Assembly: GCA_963626175.1 (NCBI GenBank) | Contig: CAVFWY010000001.1 | Span: 1-45,909 of the forward strand | Reading direction: 5' to 3' | Length of the DNA stretch: 45,909 bases | Source of the DNA: Gemmiger sp. | GTDB taxonomy: Bacteria; Verrucomicrobiota; Kiritimatiellia; RFP12; UBA1067 | Part shown: positions 26,593-35,592 of the stretch, in pieces | Position numbering within the stretch: position 1 is the stretch's first letter | Layout: each line of letters starts with the position of its first letter | Program-made: the position numbers and the translations under genes | The notes under the pieces: model-generated | Seen by the model: the letters and a program-made list of their open reading frames with translations, nothing else | The model's database searches: none | What the model was told of the DNA's origin: nothing

Positions 26593-27744
26593 TTAGCGGC
26601 TCACGCCGAAGCGATATTCCGTCCGACTGGTGAACTTCTCGCCCGGACGCAGCACCGTCGAGGGGAACTCCGGGTGGTTCGGAGAGTCGGGATAGTGCTG
26701 GGTTTCGAGCGCGACACCCGCAAACGGACACAGCCGCTTGCCAGCCGCCTTCGCCGCGAAGTCCGTCGTCATGTTCTGCGCCCCATACATCTGCATGCAC
26801 GGCTCGGTCGTCCAGATTTCGAGCGTCCGCCCCGACACGGGGTCGCGCATGCGGGCGGCGGGCTTGAACTCCCCGACCTTGCCGCGCAGGACGAAGTTGT
26901 GGTCATACCAGTTGTCCATCGGGGCGAACGCCTTCTCCGCCGCCATCAGCTGAGCCTTCGCGTTGATCTTGCGCATCGTCGTGAAGTCAAGCCCCGTGCC
27001 TTTCACGGGCGCATTCTTCGTCGGAATCAGCCCGGCATCCGTCTGGGTGTATTCGTCGGCGAAAATCTGCAGTTCCTGTTCGAGCACGTTTCCGCTCGAC
27101 TCGCCCGCGAGATTCCAGTAGGAGTGGTTGGTCAGGTTGATGACCGTCGGCTTGTCCGTGGTCGCCTCGTAGTCGATCGTCCAGCGGTTGTCCGTCGTGA
27201 CGCGATAGGTGACGGTCGCCGTCACCGTGCCGGGCAAGCCCATCTCGCCGTCTTTCGAGACGTAGGTGAACGCCACGCCCGACGACTTCTCGTCGGAGAA
27301 CGGCGCGGCCTTCCAGACCATCGTGTCCCAGCCGTTCGGACCGCTGTGCAGGTTGCAGTGCCGCGCCGCCTTTTCCTCGTTGATCGGCATCTGGTAGGTC
27401 ACGCCGTCCAGCGTGAACTTGCCGTGCGCGATGCGGTTGCCGTAGCGTCCGATGATCGTGCCCATCGAAAAGCCGTTCGCCTCGTATTCCGCCGCCGTGT
27501 TCCAGCCGAGCGTCACGTCCGCGAGATTGCCGAACCTGTCCGGCGCATACGCCCGCACGAGCCGCCCGCCATAGTCCGAGACGTCAAGAATCAGCCCGTT
27601 GCCGCTGCAAATCCGCCAGACGTGCGTCTCGCGTCCGTCGGCAAGCGTCCCGAACGGACGCGCACCCGAGACGGACGTCGCCGCCTGGACAAACATCGTC
27701 GCCGCACACGCCGCGACAGCAAAACCCAAAGACAATTTTTTCAT
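26593..27744 (-). CDS. galM: Aldose 1-epimerase (galactose mutarotase), secreted form
   Basis: Signal peptide. GRYGNRIA, FTLDG, N.LHGG-type and NL.NH.YWNL blocks. Confidence 0.9.
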   Translation of the reverse strand: MKKLSLGFAVAACAATMFVQAATSVSGARPFGTLADGRETHVWRICSGNGLILDVSDYGGRLVRAYAPDRFGNLADVTLGWNTAAEYEANGFSMGTIIGRYGNRIAHGKFTLDGVTYQMPINEEKAARHCNLHSGPNGWDTMVWKAAPFSDEKSSGVAFTYVSKDGEMGLPGTVTATVTYRVTTDNRWTIDYEATTDKPTVINLTNHSYWNLAGESSGNVLEQELQIFADEYTQTDAGLIPTKNAPVKGTGLDFTTMRKINAKAQLMAAEKAFAPMDNWYDHNFVLRGKVGEFKPAARMRDPVSGRTLEIWTTEPCMQMYGAQNMTTDFAAKAAGKRLCPFAGVALETQHYPDSPNHPEFPSTVLRPGEKFTSRTEYRFGVSR

Positions 27745-27750
27745 GTGTCT

Positions 27751-27759
27751 ATTGTATCA
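27751..27759 (-). promoter_or_regulatory. Candidate extended -10 (TGATACAAT), 6 nt upstream of the galM ATG; TTGCAG sits 17 nt upstream as a possible -35
   Basis: The reverse complement reads cagTTGCAGattgggaagggaaaTGATACAATagacacATGAAAAAA. Confidence 0.45.
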
Positions 27760-27837
27760 TTTCCCTTCCCAATCTGCAACTGCGCCGACACTGCGCGATC
27801 GGAGTTTGTGATTCATAGGAAGCAGAGTCTCTCTATT

Positions 27838-28035
27838 TAATCGCCGAAGCAATAGACCACGGGCAGAATCATATTAGACCACCATCAAAATCTTTTTAGA
27901 CCAGCATCAGATTTATTTTAGACCAGCATCAGATTTATTTTAGACCAGTATCAAAATCTTTTTAGACCAGTATCAAAGTCTTTTTAGACCAGCATCAAAG
28001 TCTTTTTAGACCAGCATCAAAGTCTTTTTAGACCA
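27838..28035 (-). repeat. Tandem array B: nine exact-phase 22-bp TGGTCT units, the inverted counterpart of array A
   Basis: AGACCA occurs on the + strand at 27854, 27876, 27898, 27920, 27942, 27964, 27986, 28008 and 28030. The outer flank cgatggg (28036-28042) is the reverse complement of the array A flank cccatcg. The inner degenerate unit TGGTCTAATATGATTCTGCCCG resembles array A unit 7. Confidence 0.92.
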
Positions 28036-28068
28036 CGATGGGAAATTTTTCAGGATTACAGGGACGCT

Positions 28069-30387
28069 TCAAAGTCCTGCCGTACGGAACTCGACGCGGC
28101 GGAGGAAGCGGATCTGAAGATAGGTAAAGCCGATGAGCGCCACGCCCAGAAACCACGCCATCGTCGTTGCCGTCGAAAAGCGGAGGTTATTGTAGGCTTC
28201 CTTCCAAATCTGAAGCGAAAGAACCTGCGTCGCGTCGCCGGGTCCGCCGAAGGTGAGCAGGAAGATCGAGCCCATCCCCTGAAACGCCGCGATGAACGCC
28301 CCGACGAAGTTGATGACCATCAGCGGCGCGAGCTGGGGGAAGGTGACGTGGCGGAAGCGGCCGAAGATGCCCGCGCCGTCAATCGCCGCCGCCTCGTAGT
28401 AGTCCTGCGGCAACGAGCCAAGCGCGGCAATGTAGATGAGCGAACTGATGCCCGCCCCCGCCCAGACACCCGGCAGAATGCAGCAGACCATCGCCCACGC
28501 GGGATCGAGAAGCCACGAATGCCGCGCAATCCCGAACGCGGAGAGAATCTGGTTGAGGATTCCGTTTTCCGTCGGGTCGAACATGAGTTTCCAAAGAAGC
28601 GTGACGACGAGCGCACTCGTCAGGTGAGGAAGGAAGTAAAGGAAGCGAAAGAACACCTTGCCACGCGGGATTTCACACAGCATCACCGCCAAAAGGATCG
28701 GCGAGATGAACCCGAGGAGAAGCGTGATTACAACATATTCAAGCGTCCGCAGCCACGCCAGCCAGAAGCCTGAATCCGTCGCCACGCGGATGAAGTTGTC
28801 AAGCCCGACCCAATCCGCCGCGCCGACGATGCGGTAATCCTGAAACGCCATCACCGCGCCGCGAACGAGGGGATAATAACTCCACAGGAGAATGGAGAGA
28901 ATCGCCGGGGCAAGAAAGAGCCACGGGGCGACGCGGCGCTTGCGCCCTTCCGCCGATGCGGCGGAACGCGGCGGACGATTCCGCCGAACGGCGCGGCGGA
29001 CGAGCGCCGCGCAAATCAGAAGACAGGTCAGGAATGCGCCAAGGATAATCCGCGCATAGGGTCGCGCCCGCTCGATGCGCGAAGTATCGCTATCGAACAT
29101 CAGACCCCGATTCGCATCCCGCGTAATGGAGGCGAGAGCCGCCGCGCAGTCGAAGTCCTTGCCCGAATCCGAAAGGAGAATGCCCAGGAAACGCCGCTGC
29201 ATCAAGTCGCTCGCCGCCTGCCAGAAGCCGACCCACGGTTCGGTTACAGCCTTGATCCGCCCCGCTTCGAGATCGACGTGCATCTCGCGGATTCCCGACG
29301 GGATGGCGTTCAGTTCGTCCTTAAAGCCCAGTCGCGCAAGGTCTTTCGGATTGCACCACATCGTGCGGCCTTCCGCCACGTTCCGCCGCGTCTCCTCGTC
29401 CGCCAGCGCGGGATCGGCAAGAGCCTGAAGACACCGGAAGATCAGGTCGCGGTCGGCCTTCGGTCGTCTTCCGGCGGAATCGCTCATCGCATAGAAGTGG
29501 CGGTGCGCCTGAAGGACGCGGATGCCGCCGTCATCCGCCGCCGGAAACGGCATGAGTCCGATCAGGTCGGGCGGAAAGGCAAGCGTCTCGGTGAGGCGTC
29601 GCACGAGGTCGTCGCCACCGAAAACCGCCGCGATTTCGCCCGAGACGAAAAGCCGCCCGACGTCATCGGCGACGGAAAGCGTCGGCAAGCCGCGCACGAC
29701 CTCTCGGCGCACGAGTTCCTGAAGGAATCCCGCCGCCCGCAACGCCGCCGGGCTGTCGAAACACGCCTCATACGAACCGTTCGTTCCGGCCGCACGGATG
29801 ACGTCGCCCCCGGCGGACTGCACCCACGGCAGGAATCCCCACGGACGGTTCTCGATTGCAAAGGCGCGGCAGCCCGGCCGCGTCAGTTTCACGCACCAGT
29901 CCCTGAACGCGCTCCACGTGCGCGGCGGCGATTCGGGGTCGAGTCCCGCCGCACGCACGAGATCCTTGCGGTAGACGATGCCGTAATAGGCGGCGGCGGG
30001 CGTCGGAAGCGCCCACACGTGACCGTCCGACGTGCGCACCCGATCCCACAGATCCTTCGGCGGCGCAGGCGAAATCCATTCGTCCAACGGATACACGAAA
30101 CCCTGCGAAACGTCGTGCCGGAGAATGTGAAACCACACCTTGTAGACGTCGGGGGCAGTTCCGCCGGCGAGGGCCAGCATCAGCGCGGCGCGTCCGCCCG
30201 CCCCCGGCAGGACAAGCCCGCCCCACTTCACGGGCTCGAGTTCCCGCTCGCTCTTCGCGAGGTCGAGAATGCGCCGCGTCGAAGGGTCTTCGGGGTGGTC
30301 GGGGTCGTATGAAAAAAGGAAACTGACCTCCGTCTTCGCGAAGGTCAGCAGTGGCGCAAGCGCGAGAATCGCCGCGCAGAGCCTCAT
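28069..30387 (-). CDS. Fusion protein: ABC extracellular solute-binding domain plus MalF/UgpA-type permease domain
   Basis: Signal peptide plus an SBP-like region of about 430 aa, then a TM/Arg-rich linker. The permease domain has six helices and the EAA loop DYYEAAAIDGAGIFGRFRHVTFPQLAP. Confidence 0.85.
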   Translation of the reverse strand: MRLCAAILALAPLLTFAKTEVSFLFSYDPDHPEDPSTRRILDLAKSERELEPVKWGGLVLPGAGGRAALMLALAGGTAPDVYKVWFHILRHDVSQGFVYPLDEWISPAPPKDLWDRVRTSDGHVWALPTPAAAYYGIVYRKDLVRAAGLDPESPPRTWSAFRDWCVKLTRPGCRAFAIENRPWGFLPWVQSAGGDVIRAAGTNGSYEACFDSPAALRAAGFLQELVRREVVRGLPTLSVADDVGRLFVSGEIAAVFGGDDLVRRLTETLAFPPDLIGLMPFPAADDGGIRVLQAHRHFYAMSDSAGRRPKADRDLIFRCLQALADPALADEETRRNVAEGRTMWCNPKDLARLGFKDELNAIPSGIREMHVDLEAGRIKAVTEPWVGFWQAASDLMQRRFLGILLSDSGKDFDCAAALASITRDANRGLMFDSDTSRIERARPYARIILGAFLTCLLICAALVRRAVRRNRPPRSAASAEGRKRRVAPWLFLAPAILSILLWSYYPLVRGAVMAFQDYRIVGAADWVGLDNFIRVATDSGFWLAWLRTLEYVVITLLLGFISPILLAVMLCEIPRGKVFFRFLYFLPHLTSALVVTLLWKLMFDPTENGILNQILSAFGIARHSWLLDPAWAMVCCILPGVWAGAGISSLIYIAALGSLPQDYYEAAAIDGAGIFGRFRHVTFPQLAPLMVINFVGAFIAAFQGMGSIFLLTFGGPGDATQVLSLQIWKEAYNNLRFSTATTMAWFLGVALIGFTYLQIRFLRRVEFRTAGL

Positions 30388-30941
30388 TCGAGAACGTCCG
30401 TCACGAGTCCCCGCGCGACCTTGCTCGCAACCGAGGCCCCCATCAGCGTCTGAAGGACGACCAGTGAGAACAGCATCGCCGATCCGGGGGCCTGCCCCGT
30501 AATCACGTCGCCATCCGCGACGACCGGCACGTTCGAACTCACGCGGTCAAGCCCCATCATGCACGTCGGATAGCACGTGACGTGCCGCCCGGCGTCGACG
30601 ACCCCCGCATCCGTCAGGACGGTCGGCGCAGCACAGATCGCGCACAACAACTGCCCCTCGGCCTTCTGCCGACGAAGCCGCCCGATGACGGCTTCGGACT
30701 TGCGGAGGTTCTCCGTCCCCTCGCCGCCGCCGGGAAGGAGAATCGCGTCATACGCCTCCTTCTCGGCTTCGGCGAAAAGCGCATCGGCCCGCATCGTGAT
30801 TCCGTGCGCGCTCACGACGTCCGGACGGTCGTGAATCGAAGCCGTGACGACGGTCACGCCGCCGCGGCGGAGAATGTCGATGGCCGTGACGGCCTCGACG
30901 TCTTCAAATCCATCGGCAAGGGGAATCAGGACATTGGCCAT
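30384..30941 (-). CDS. DJ-1/PfpI family protein
   Basis: LLPGG and AICAAP (nucleophile-elbow Cys) motifs. AAGGAG lies 8 nt before ATG 30941. 4-nt overlap with the downstream gene. Confidence 0.85.
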   Translation of the reverse strand: MANVLIPLADGFEDVEAVTAIDILRRGGVTVVTASIHDRPDVVSAHGITMRADALFAEAEKEAYDAILLPGGGEGTENLRKSEAVIGRLRRQKAEGQLLCAICAAPTVLTDAGVVDAGRHVTCYPTCMMGLDRVSSNVPVVADGDVITGQAPGSAMLFSLVVLQTLMGASVASKVARGLVTDVLE

Positions 30942-30969
30942 CACACTCACTCCTTGTTCAGGCCAACGC

Positions 30970-31449
30970 TTAGCCGACGTTCTTCGCCTCGTTGCACTTC
31001 AACTTGCGGCCGAGAATCTCCTTCTCGTCCAAAGCCTTGATCGCCGCCTCGGCCTCCGCGCGGTTGGGCATCTGAACGAAGCCAAAGCCCTTGGAGCGGT
31101 TGTTGTAGCGGTTCGTGACGACGCGAACGGCGTTCACGCGACCATACTTCTCGAACTCCTTGCGGAGCTGGTCTTCGGTCATGTCGTAGCTCAGGTTGCC
31201 GACGTAGAGTTCGACGCTGCCGTCCGCCGGGGCGGGATGACGCTTCTCGAACTTCGGTTCGTTCCGACGCGGCGGACGAGCCTTGCCGTGGCAACCGCAT
31301 CCGCCGCTCTTCTTTCCGCACGGGCAGAACAGTTTGCACAGGATTACGGCGACAATCGCGCCGACGACGGCCGCGCCGACCGCAAGGGTAATCGCGGCGC
31401 ACTGGGTTTGCCCTTCAAACAGGGCGAGGACTTCATTCATGCATTGCAT
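30970..31449 (-). CDS. RRM-type RNA-binding protein with an N-terminal transmembrane helix and a Cys-rich linker
   Basis: RNP-2 LYVGNL and RNP-1 KGFGFVQM. Upstream hydrophobic helix AAITLAVGAAVVGAIVAVILCKLF followed by CPCGKKSGGCGCHG. Confidence 0.8.
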   Translation of the reverse strand: MQCMNEVLALFEGQTQCAAITLAVGAAVVGAIVAVILCKLFCPCGKKSGGCGCHGKARPPRRNEPKFEKRHPAPADGSVELYVGNLSYDMTEDQLRKEFEKYGRVNAVRVVTNRYNNRSKGFGFVQMPNRAEAEAAIKALDEKEILGRKLKCNEAKNVG

Positions 31450-31482
31450 TGTTGTTCTCTTCTCTCTTTCTTCTTGTTTTTG

Positions 31483-33501
31483 TTAGTTGTTCCGATAGTC
31501 TCCGAGCGATTTCATCCGACTCGGATGACGGAGTTTCCGAAGCGCCTTCGCCTCAATCTGGCGAATCCGCTCGCGGGTGACATTGAACAGCCGCCCGACC
31601 TCTTCGAGGGTACGGCTGTACCCGTCGGTAAGACCGAAGCGGAAATCGACGACCTGCCGTTCGCGGTCGGTCAGCGTCCCGAGGATCTCGCGCAGACGCT
31701 CCTTCAGAAGATGGCCTTCCGTGACCTCGAACGGGTTCTCGCTCGACAGGTCGGGGATGAAGTCGCCGTAGTGCGCGTCATCGTTGTCGCCGACCTTGGA
31801 CTGCAGCGAGATCGGCTGCTGAGCCATGCGGCGGACGCTGCGCACCTGATCGACGGGCATTCCCATTTCGGCGGCGAGTTCCATCTCGGCCGGCTCGCGC
31901 CCGAGTTTCTGGATGAGTTTCTTCTGCGTGCGGACGAGTTTGTTGATCGTCTCGATCATGTGGACGGGAATGCGAATCGTGCGGGCCTGGTCGGCGATCG
32001 CACGGGTCGCCGCCTGGCGAATCCACCACGTCGCATACGTCGAGAACTTGTAGCCGCGCTTGTATTCGAACTTCTCCACGGCCTTCATGAGACCGGTGTT
32101 GCCCTCCTGAATCAGGTCGAGGAAGGAAAGCCCGCGGTTCATGTATTTCTTGACGATCGAAATCACGAGCCGGAGGTTCGCCTCGACCATCTTCGTGCGG
32201 GCAATCTGCCCTTCCTTCAGGATGCGGCGCAAATCGGAGAAGGAATCCATGAACTCCTGCGGCGGCATGCCGAACAGGGCCTCGAGCTTCTCCATCTTCT
32301 CGCGGAGAACCTTCAGGTCGCGGTCGCGCTTCTTCGAGGCCTTCATCGTCAGCAGCTGAGCCTGCTTGGCGACATACTGGCGGTAGGGCAGGTAAATGCG
32401 CTCGTCCGCCTCGGCGCAGAGCGTTTCAAGGACTTTCTGCTTGAAACTCATCTCGTCGAAGCACTTGCGCACCGCCTTGCGGGCATTCTGAAGCGCCTTC
32501 TCCGCCCCGCGCACCGCCGCCGGCTGGGGACGCTTCTTCGAGATCATCTCGAGATACTTCCCGCTCGCCTCGCGAAGCCGCGCCTCGACTTCGCGCAGTT
32601 CCTTGCGGAATCCCGGAATCAGCGACATGTAGGCGTCGCGGTTCTCGTCGAACTTGTCAGTCACGATGCGGTCGAAGCGCTCGCTCTGCCCTTCCAGCTT
32701 GTTCAGCAGCCCCGCATACATCGGCGGCGCGAAGAGAAAGCGGTTGAACATGTCCCGCGTCTTCACCTCGGCCTCTTCAATCGTCTTGCAGATCGACGTC
32801 TCCTGGTCGCGCGAGAGAAGATCGACCTGCCCCATCTGGTGGAGATACATGCGGATCGGGTCTTCGATCATCTCGGCCGCACGGGCCTTCGGGTCCGCCG
32901 TCTTCGAATTCTTCGCCTCCACATACTTCTTCACGTCCTCCTCGCGGATGACGTGAACGCCGAGGGCCTCAAGGATCTTCAGATAGCGGTCGGACTGAAT
33001 CGCATCGACGATGTTCTGCGGCAGAATCTGGTTCAGTTCCTCGTAGGTGACGTAGCCGCCGTTCACCTCGCTGCGGCGCTTCACGTCGTTGATGACGTCA
33101 TTCAGTTCGGTTTCGCGGAGAATGGACATGCCCTCCATCGAGGGGAGCACCGAATCCACGTCCCCCGCCGCCTCGTCCTCATCGGCAATCGTCGGCAGCG
33201 GCGGAGCCGGGGGAAGCCCCGCATCCGTCTCGTCCTCGCCTTCGGGAGCGTGCTCTTCCTGCCGCTCGACTTCCGCCGCGAGCGAGTCGGCGTCGAGCAA
33301 ACCGACGGCCGCCTCGTCGATGTCTTCGCTGTCGGGGGGCAAATCGTCGTCATCTTCCTCCTCGGAGGAAGCCTTGCGTTTGCGGGACTTTTTCACCAAT
33401 GCATCGGACTCGGCGATTTCTTTCGCCGAGTTCCGCGCCCGCGTCGCCTTGCGGCCGGGCTTTTTCTCCGTCTTCGTCAACGGTTTCTTAGGTCTTGCCA
33501 T
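31483..33501 (-). CDS. rpoD: RNA polymerase primary sigma factor
   Basis: Acidic region 1, then [25 protein letters not shown] and regions 3 and 4. The start is placed at MARPKK (GGAG lies 7 nt upstream) because the listed ATG at 33552 abuts the -10 element. Confidence 0.93.
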   Translation of the reverse strand: MARPKKPLTKTEKKPGRKATRARNSAKEIAESDALVKKSRKRKASSEEEDDDDLPPDSEDIDEAAVGLLDADSLAAEVERQEEHAPEGEDETDAGLPPAPPLPTIADEDEAAGDVDSVLPSMEGMSILRETELNDVINDVKRRSEVNGGYVTYEELNQILPQNIVDAIQSDRYLKILEALGVHVIREEDVKKYVEAKNSKTADPKARAAEMIEDPIRMYLHQMGQVDLLSRDQETSICKTIEEAEVKTRDMFNRFLFAPPMYAGLLNKLEGQSERFDRIVTDKFDENRDAYMSLIPGFRKELREVEARLREASGKYLEMISKKRPQPAAVRGAEKALQNARKAVRKCFDEMSFKQKVLETLCAEADERIYLPYRQYVAKQAQLLTMKASKKRDRDLKVLREKMEKLEALFGMPPQEFMDSFSDLRRILKEGQIARTKMVEANLRLVISIVKKYMNRGLSFLDLIQEGNTGLMKAVEKFEYKRGYKFSTYATWWIRQAATRAIADQARTIRIPVHMIETINKLVRTQKKLIQKLGREPAEMELAAEMGMPVDQVRSVRRMAQQPISLQSKVGDNDDAHYGDFIPDLSSENPFEVTEGHLLKERLREILGTLTDRERQVVDFRFGLTDGYSRTLEEVGRLFNVTRERIRQIEAKALRKLRHPSRMKSLGDYRNN

Positions 33502-33552
33502 CGCAACTCCAGTATACAATTCACCCACTCGCACTTTGTCAAGTGTCCGCAT

Positions 33553-33561
33553 ATTATATCA
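33553..33561 (-). promoter_or_regulatory. Candidate extended -10 (TGATATAAT) for rpoD, giving a leader of about 45 nt
   Basis: The reverse complement reads cagattaTGATATAATatgcggacac. Confidence 0.45.
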
Positions 33562-33584
33562 TAATCTGGCCCACCATGGGGGAT

Positions 33585-34199
33585 TTAGGCGAGGCGGACG
33601 CGGCGACCCTCGATGCGGTAGCGACCCGCCGCGATGATGTTCAACGCTTCCGGAAAGGCGACGTGCTCCTGAACCTGAATGCGGGCGTGAAGCGTCTCGG
33701 GCGTATCATCCTCCAATACGGGCACGGCCTTCTGCACGAGAATCGGACCGGAATCCGTCCCCGCATCGACGAAGTGAACCGTCACGCCCGCAACCTTGCA
33801 TCCGTAGTCAAGCGCCTGAGTCCAGCTGTGGACGCCGGGGAAAGCGGGCAGCAGGGCAGGGTGGATGTTCAGCACGCGATTCGGAAACGCCGCGAGGAGT
33901 TTCGGCTTCACGATGCGCATGAACCCCGCAAGGACAACGGTGTCAACCCCCGCCGACTTGAGGATCTCGATGCACCGGTCTTCCGCCACGCCTTCGAGTT
34001 TCGTCTTCCACGGCGCACAGTCGAGGAACTGACAGGGGATTCCGTGTCGCCGAGCGCGGTCGAGTATCTTCGCATCCGCGACGTCCGCCAGCACAACCTT
34101 GATTTCCGCATCAAGCGTCCCCGCCGCAATCGCATCGACGATGGACTGCATGTTCGATCCCGCGCCGGAACCGAGAACGCCAAGGTGAAGTCTGCTCAT
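33585..34199 (-). CDS. purN: Phosphoribosylglycinamide formyltransferase
   Basis: VL.SG.GSN, LAGFMRI and NIHP[AS]LLP motifs. Confidence 0.92.
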   Translation of the reverse strand: MSRLHLGVLGSGAGSNMQSIVDAIAAGTLDAEIKVVLADVADAKILDRARRHGIPCQFLDCAPWKTKLEGVAEDRCIEILKSAGVDTVVLAGFMRIVKPKLLAAFPNRVLNIHPALLPAFPGVHSWTQALDYGCKVAGVTVHFVDAGTDSGPILVQKAVPVLEDDTPETLHARIQVQEHVAFPEALNIIAAGRYRIEGRRVRLA

Positions 34200-34218
34200 C
34201 TTTCGCCTCCCCTTCTCC

Positions 34219-35382
34219 CTATTTGAGAAATTCCTTCAGACCGCCACGCGGCACGGCCGCCATCGCCTTCTTCAACAGGCTGAACACGATCCCGCGCTCC
34301 GCTGCGCTCATTTCCGCAAGCGCATCCATCCGCCCCGCGAGTTCGACGGCAAGGTTGTCGAAGCGGATGCGTTCCGCCGAATCGACCGACGGGTCGAACG
34401 GATAACTGCCCTCACGCGCCCAGTTGCCCACCATTCCCCGCGCGCGTTCTTCGCCAAGCACGGCGAAGTGAGCCTTCAGCACCTTCTTCGTCGCGTCGAG
34501 ATAGGCACGGACTTCCGGGTTCAGCTCGTCCATCACCAGCGCATTCTCGGCGTTAAGGGCGGGGAAGCGCGGCGAAATAAGATACGCCGTGAAACTCACG
34601 CCGTTCGAGCGGACGCCCGCCGGTTGTTCGTGAAGCTGAAAGCCGTCCGGGCCCATGAAGACGAGCCGCCCCGAACCGACGAACTTCCGCCGCCATTCGA
34701 TGACCTCGAGTTTCGCCTCCGCACCGCTCTCCAGCGTCACATTGTAATCCGTCGCCCGCTTCTGCACGATGACGGGCGTGACGGGGAGTCCGTTGAAGTA
34801 GATGCGGACGTTCGGATAACTCTTCAGGTAGAGCGCGAACTTCGCCGCGAGGGACTGCACCGTCTCGCCCGCATCGAGGAGGGAGTCGCAGGCCGCCCGC
34901 ACGTTGTCGATGTAGACTTCCGTCCCCGTGCCGGGACCGGGCTGTGGCGTGGAGTCGAGTTCGAAGACGCCCGGGTTTTCGCCGTCGCCCCAGATTCGGT
35001 AGGAGAGCAGTTCGCCGCCGACGCGGACGGTCGTGCGCCATTCGACGTGTCCGCCGAGGGCGAAGGCCTTGAAGCGTCCGCACCCATGGCGGCCGTGAAG
35101 ACGACGGTGCGTCGCGGCGGTTTCGGTCGACTGCCGCTTCCAGCTGCCGCCAAGCGAACCGAAAGTCGAGTCGGCGCGGAGCACGTCAATGCCCGTGCCG
35201 TCGTCGGAGACCCTCACGGCAACGATTCCGCCCAGTTCGTTGCTGATGGCGTCGACGCGAACTTCCCGTGCATCCGCGTCAAGGGCGTTCCAGATGAGTT
35301 CCTCAAGTGCGGAAAGCGGAGTCGCCTTCGCAAGTGACGCGATGTAGTCGGCCTGAGCCTGAACGAGTATGCGCTTGCTCAC
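34219..35382 (-). CDS. Stand-alone GHKL-superfamily ATPase (MutL/MORC/Hsp90-like ATP-binding fold) with an uncharacterised C-terminal half
   Basis: N-box EELIWNALDADA, G1 box VSDDGTGI, G2-like GRHGCGRFKAF. The GTG start overlaps the xseB stop (GTGA). Confidence 0.8.
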   Translation of the reverse strand: MSKRILVQAQADYIASLAKATPLSALEELIWNALDADAREVRVDAISNELGGIVAVRVSDDGTGIDVLRADSTFGSLGGSWKRQSTETAATHRRLHGRHGCGRFKAFALGGHVEWRTTVRVGGELLSYRIWGDGENPGVFELDSTPQPGPGTGTEVYIDNVRAACDSLLDAGETVQSLAAKFALYLKSYPNVRIYFNGLPVTPVIVQKRATDYNVTLESGAEAKLEVIEWRRKFVGSGRLVFMGPDGFQLHEQPAGVRSNGVSFTAYLISPRFPALNAENALVMDELNPEVRAYLDATKKVLKAHFAVLGEERARGMVGNWAREGSYPFDPSVDSAERIRFDNLAVELAGRMDALAEMSAAERGIVFSLLKKAMAAVPRGGLKEFLK

Positions 35383-35579
35383 GGTTTCATCTCCTCCACC
35401 TCGCCCGACTTCGTCACCTTTTCAATCCGCTGGCGGATTGAGTCCAAATCCTTCGTGCAGGCCTCGACGAGCGTGCGCCCCTCCTCGAACGCCGCAATCA
35501 TCTCGTCGAGTTTGAGAGTGCCCGACTCCATCTTGTTCACCAATTCCTCAAGTCGCTTGAGATTGTCTTCGAATTTCAT
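35379..35579 (-). CDS. xseB: Exodeoxyribonuclease VII small subunit
   Basis: FE..L..LE.IV..ME.G.L.L...I..FE.G pattern, 66 aa. Confidence 0.88.
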   Translation of the reverse strand: MKFEDNLKRLEELVNKMESGTLKLDEMIAAFEEGRTLVEACTKDLDSIRQRIEKVTKSGEVEEMKP

Positions 35580-35592
35580 AAATGCCGACCTT

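Noticed and set aside
11353-28042. The segment flanked by inverted repeat arrays considered as a composite transposon or other mobile element
   Set aside because: It contains only housekeeping genes (pgi, pyrD, tsaD, rfbC and others) at genome-typical GC. No transposase, integrase or recombinase is present, no target-site duplication is visible, and the gene strand matches the flanks. The arrays are better described as dispersed repeat elements that could mediate inversion.
30844-33564. 906-aa + strand ORF. Similar long antisense ORFs occur at 7581-8954, 9978-11378, 15246-16958, 17018-18193, 18249-19484, 20973-23132, 24481-25644, 26674-27840, 35455-36651, 36826-39069 and 44554-45798.
   Set aside because: Each lies opposite a gene with strong family motifs (rpoD, metK, pgi and others). 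All have Arg-rich compositions without recognisable domains. They are treated as high-GC artefacts.
33541-33570. AT-rich element CGCATATTATATCATAATCTGG considered as a dif/XerCD site, given the strand-convergence idea
   Set aside because: Only one arm shows partial similarity (about 8 of 11) to the E. coli dif arm, and the other arm matches poorly. The element is explained better as the TGATATAAT -10 of rpoD.
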